Shown here: piece after piece, positions 62,809 to 64,000 of the stretch
Layout of the letters: each line of letters opens with the position of its first letter
Numbering within the stretch: position 1 is the stretch's first letter
Origin: Centroscyllium fabricii
Taxonomy: Eukaryota
DNA: 64,000 nt
Assembly: GCA_051313645.2 (NCBI GenBank)
Contig: JBNRSN020000016.1
Location: 92,814,001 to 92,878,000, forward strand
Direction of reading: 5' to 3'
The notes under the pieces: model-generated
Database searches by the model: none
What the model saw: the letters and a program-made list of their open reading frames with translations, nothing else
What the model was told of the DNA's origin: nothing
Translations under genes and position numbers: made by a program

Positions 62809-64000
62809 TATTGATTTCCAATTTCTTGAGTTCCACCAAGCATTTCTAAATTAAAACATTTTTGGTACATTGTAAATTGTAAAACAAATCAGGTGCATTT
62901 TTTGGTTACTTTAGTACACTGAGATGTAACACCTGCTTTCCCTTTAAATTTCAGCGCTTTATTGAGATGCTCTGCCATGGGGATGATTGATTGCTTGGAG
63001 AGTGATCAGTATTCCGCTTTGTGGAAAAACAAATTTCTGTACAGTGACCACTATTCTTATTAGATTAATTTCCCCAAATACCACGGTAGCTAGGAATATA
63101 ATTTCCCTGTTTTAGACATGTTTAATGTGATATCATTAAAATATACCCCTTGTTACTAATTAAAATATACCCCTTGTTGCAGTTCTCATTAAGATAAGTA
63201 AGACACATGCTGGCACAAAGCATTGGCGCTCCAATATTGATGTGCCACAGTTATATGTCACTCGATGGTCCCATGTCTGTGATTCACTGCATAGAATGTC
63301 CTTGGCTGTGCCACTAGGGGAGGGGCAGATGTTAGGTTTTCTTCACAGGGAGTACAGGAAGTATTAGTGGACCTGTTGCGTTAGGTTACTCTTGTGCATC
63401 TCTTTCGTGGCCAGTTAGATATGGCACTGGCAGAGGCCTTGCATCAGCTGCTTATTTGTCTTTTCAGGAACGGAATGGTATGTGACAGGAGGGAGACTTA
63501 AAAAAGGGAGTGATGAGAAATAAAAAGCAAGAAAAAATTAAATTGTGTTTCCAATGACTGATTTGCAAATATGTTAGCATACACTCCATTTAATCTAGTA
63601 GACAGATGCACTTCAGGTGAAAGTTGTATTAAAAAGGCTGTGTAAAATGTGGCCTTGTGGTCACATTACTGGAGTGTAGGACCACAAGAAGGACAGCTGA
63701 GTTAAAATATCATTATCAATTGATAGTCACTCATCATACATTCCCTAGAGGCCGGTTGCAAGTCTCAGCTGTATGATCTAGGGAAGGGAGTTAAAACTTT
63801 GCAGGAGGGGGGATTCATTCCCACACCACTCAAAGGCATTTGCCGGCCGCACTTCCTGATGGGTCATCAAAGGAGTTTCCATGGAAGGCACCTGTGGAGA
63901 TATCTGTGGGGTGGACCATCGTGTTTTCCCAATCCAGGAGGATAGTATGGAATGTGGGTGTGGGAATAGGCACATACTACATGTAATTGATTACTTTTTA

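Noticed and set aside
63136-63178. Short tandem duplication (also 44703-44739)
   Set aside because: Ordinary two-unit slippage with no spacers or array structure.

Overview
Vertebrate genomic DNA, most likely a cartilaginous fish (shark-type HE1/V-SINEs, Deu-domain SINEs, CR1 LINEs). The only host gene I can support is a complete four-exon Iroquois homeobox gene, Irx3, on the minus strand (CDS 36999-36787, 36187-35170, 34490-34424, 34208-34154; 450 aa). It sits in a ~17 kb CpG-rich stretch with no recognisable transposons, flanked by blocks that look like conserved non-coding elements. The flanks are rich in transposable elements (TEs). At 2.4-13.1 kb a decayed two-gene Harbinger transposon holds a CR1 fragment and a CsRn1-like Gypsy element, whose 5' LTR in turn holds a SINE. 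The most interesting signals are four. (1) A young 5S-rRNA-derived SINE in three copies, with a hairpin replacing the 5S 5' end and a Rex1/Babar-like tail. (2) A two-uORF leader on Irx3 that resembles ATF4. (3) A minimal hammerhead ribozyme in a Penelope-like remnant. (4) An N-run whose shape suggests masking of a highly conserved element rather than a scaffold gap. Repeat-family names and conservation claims come from recognition and recall, not database searches.
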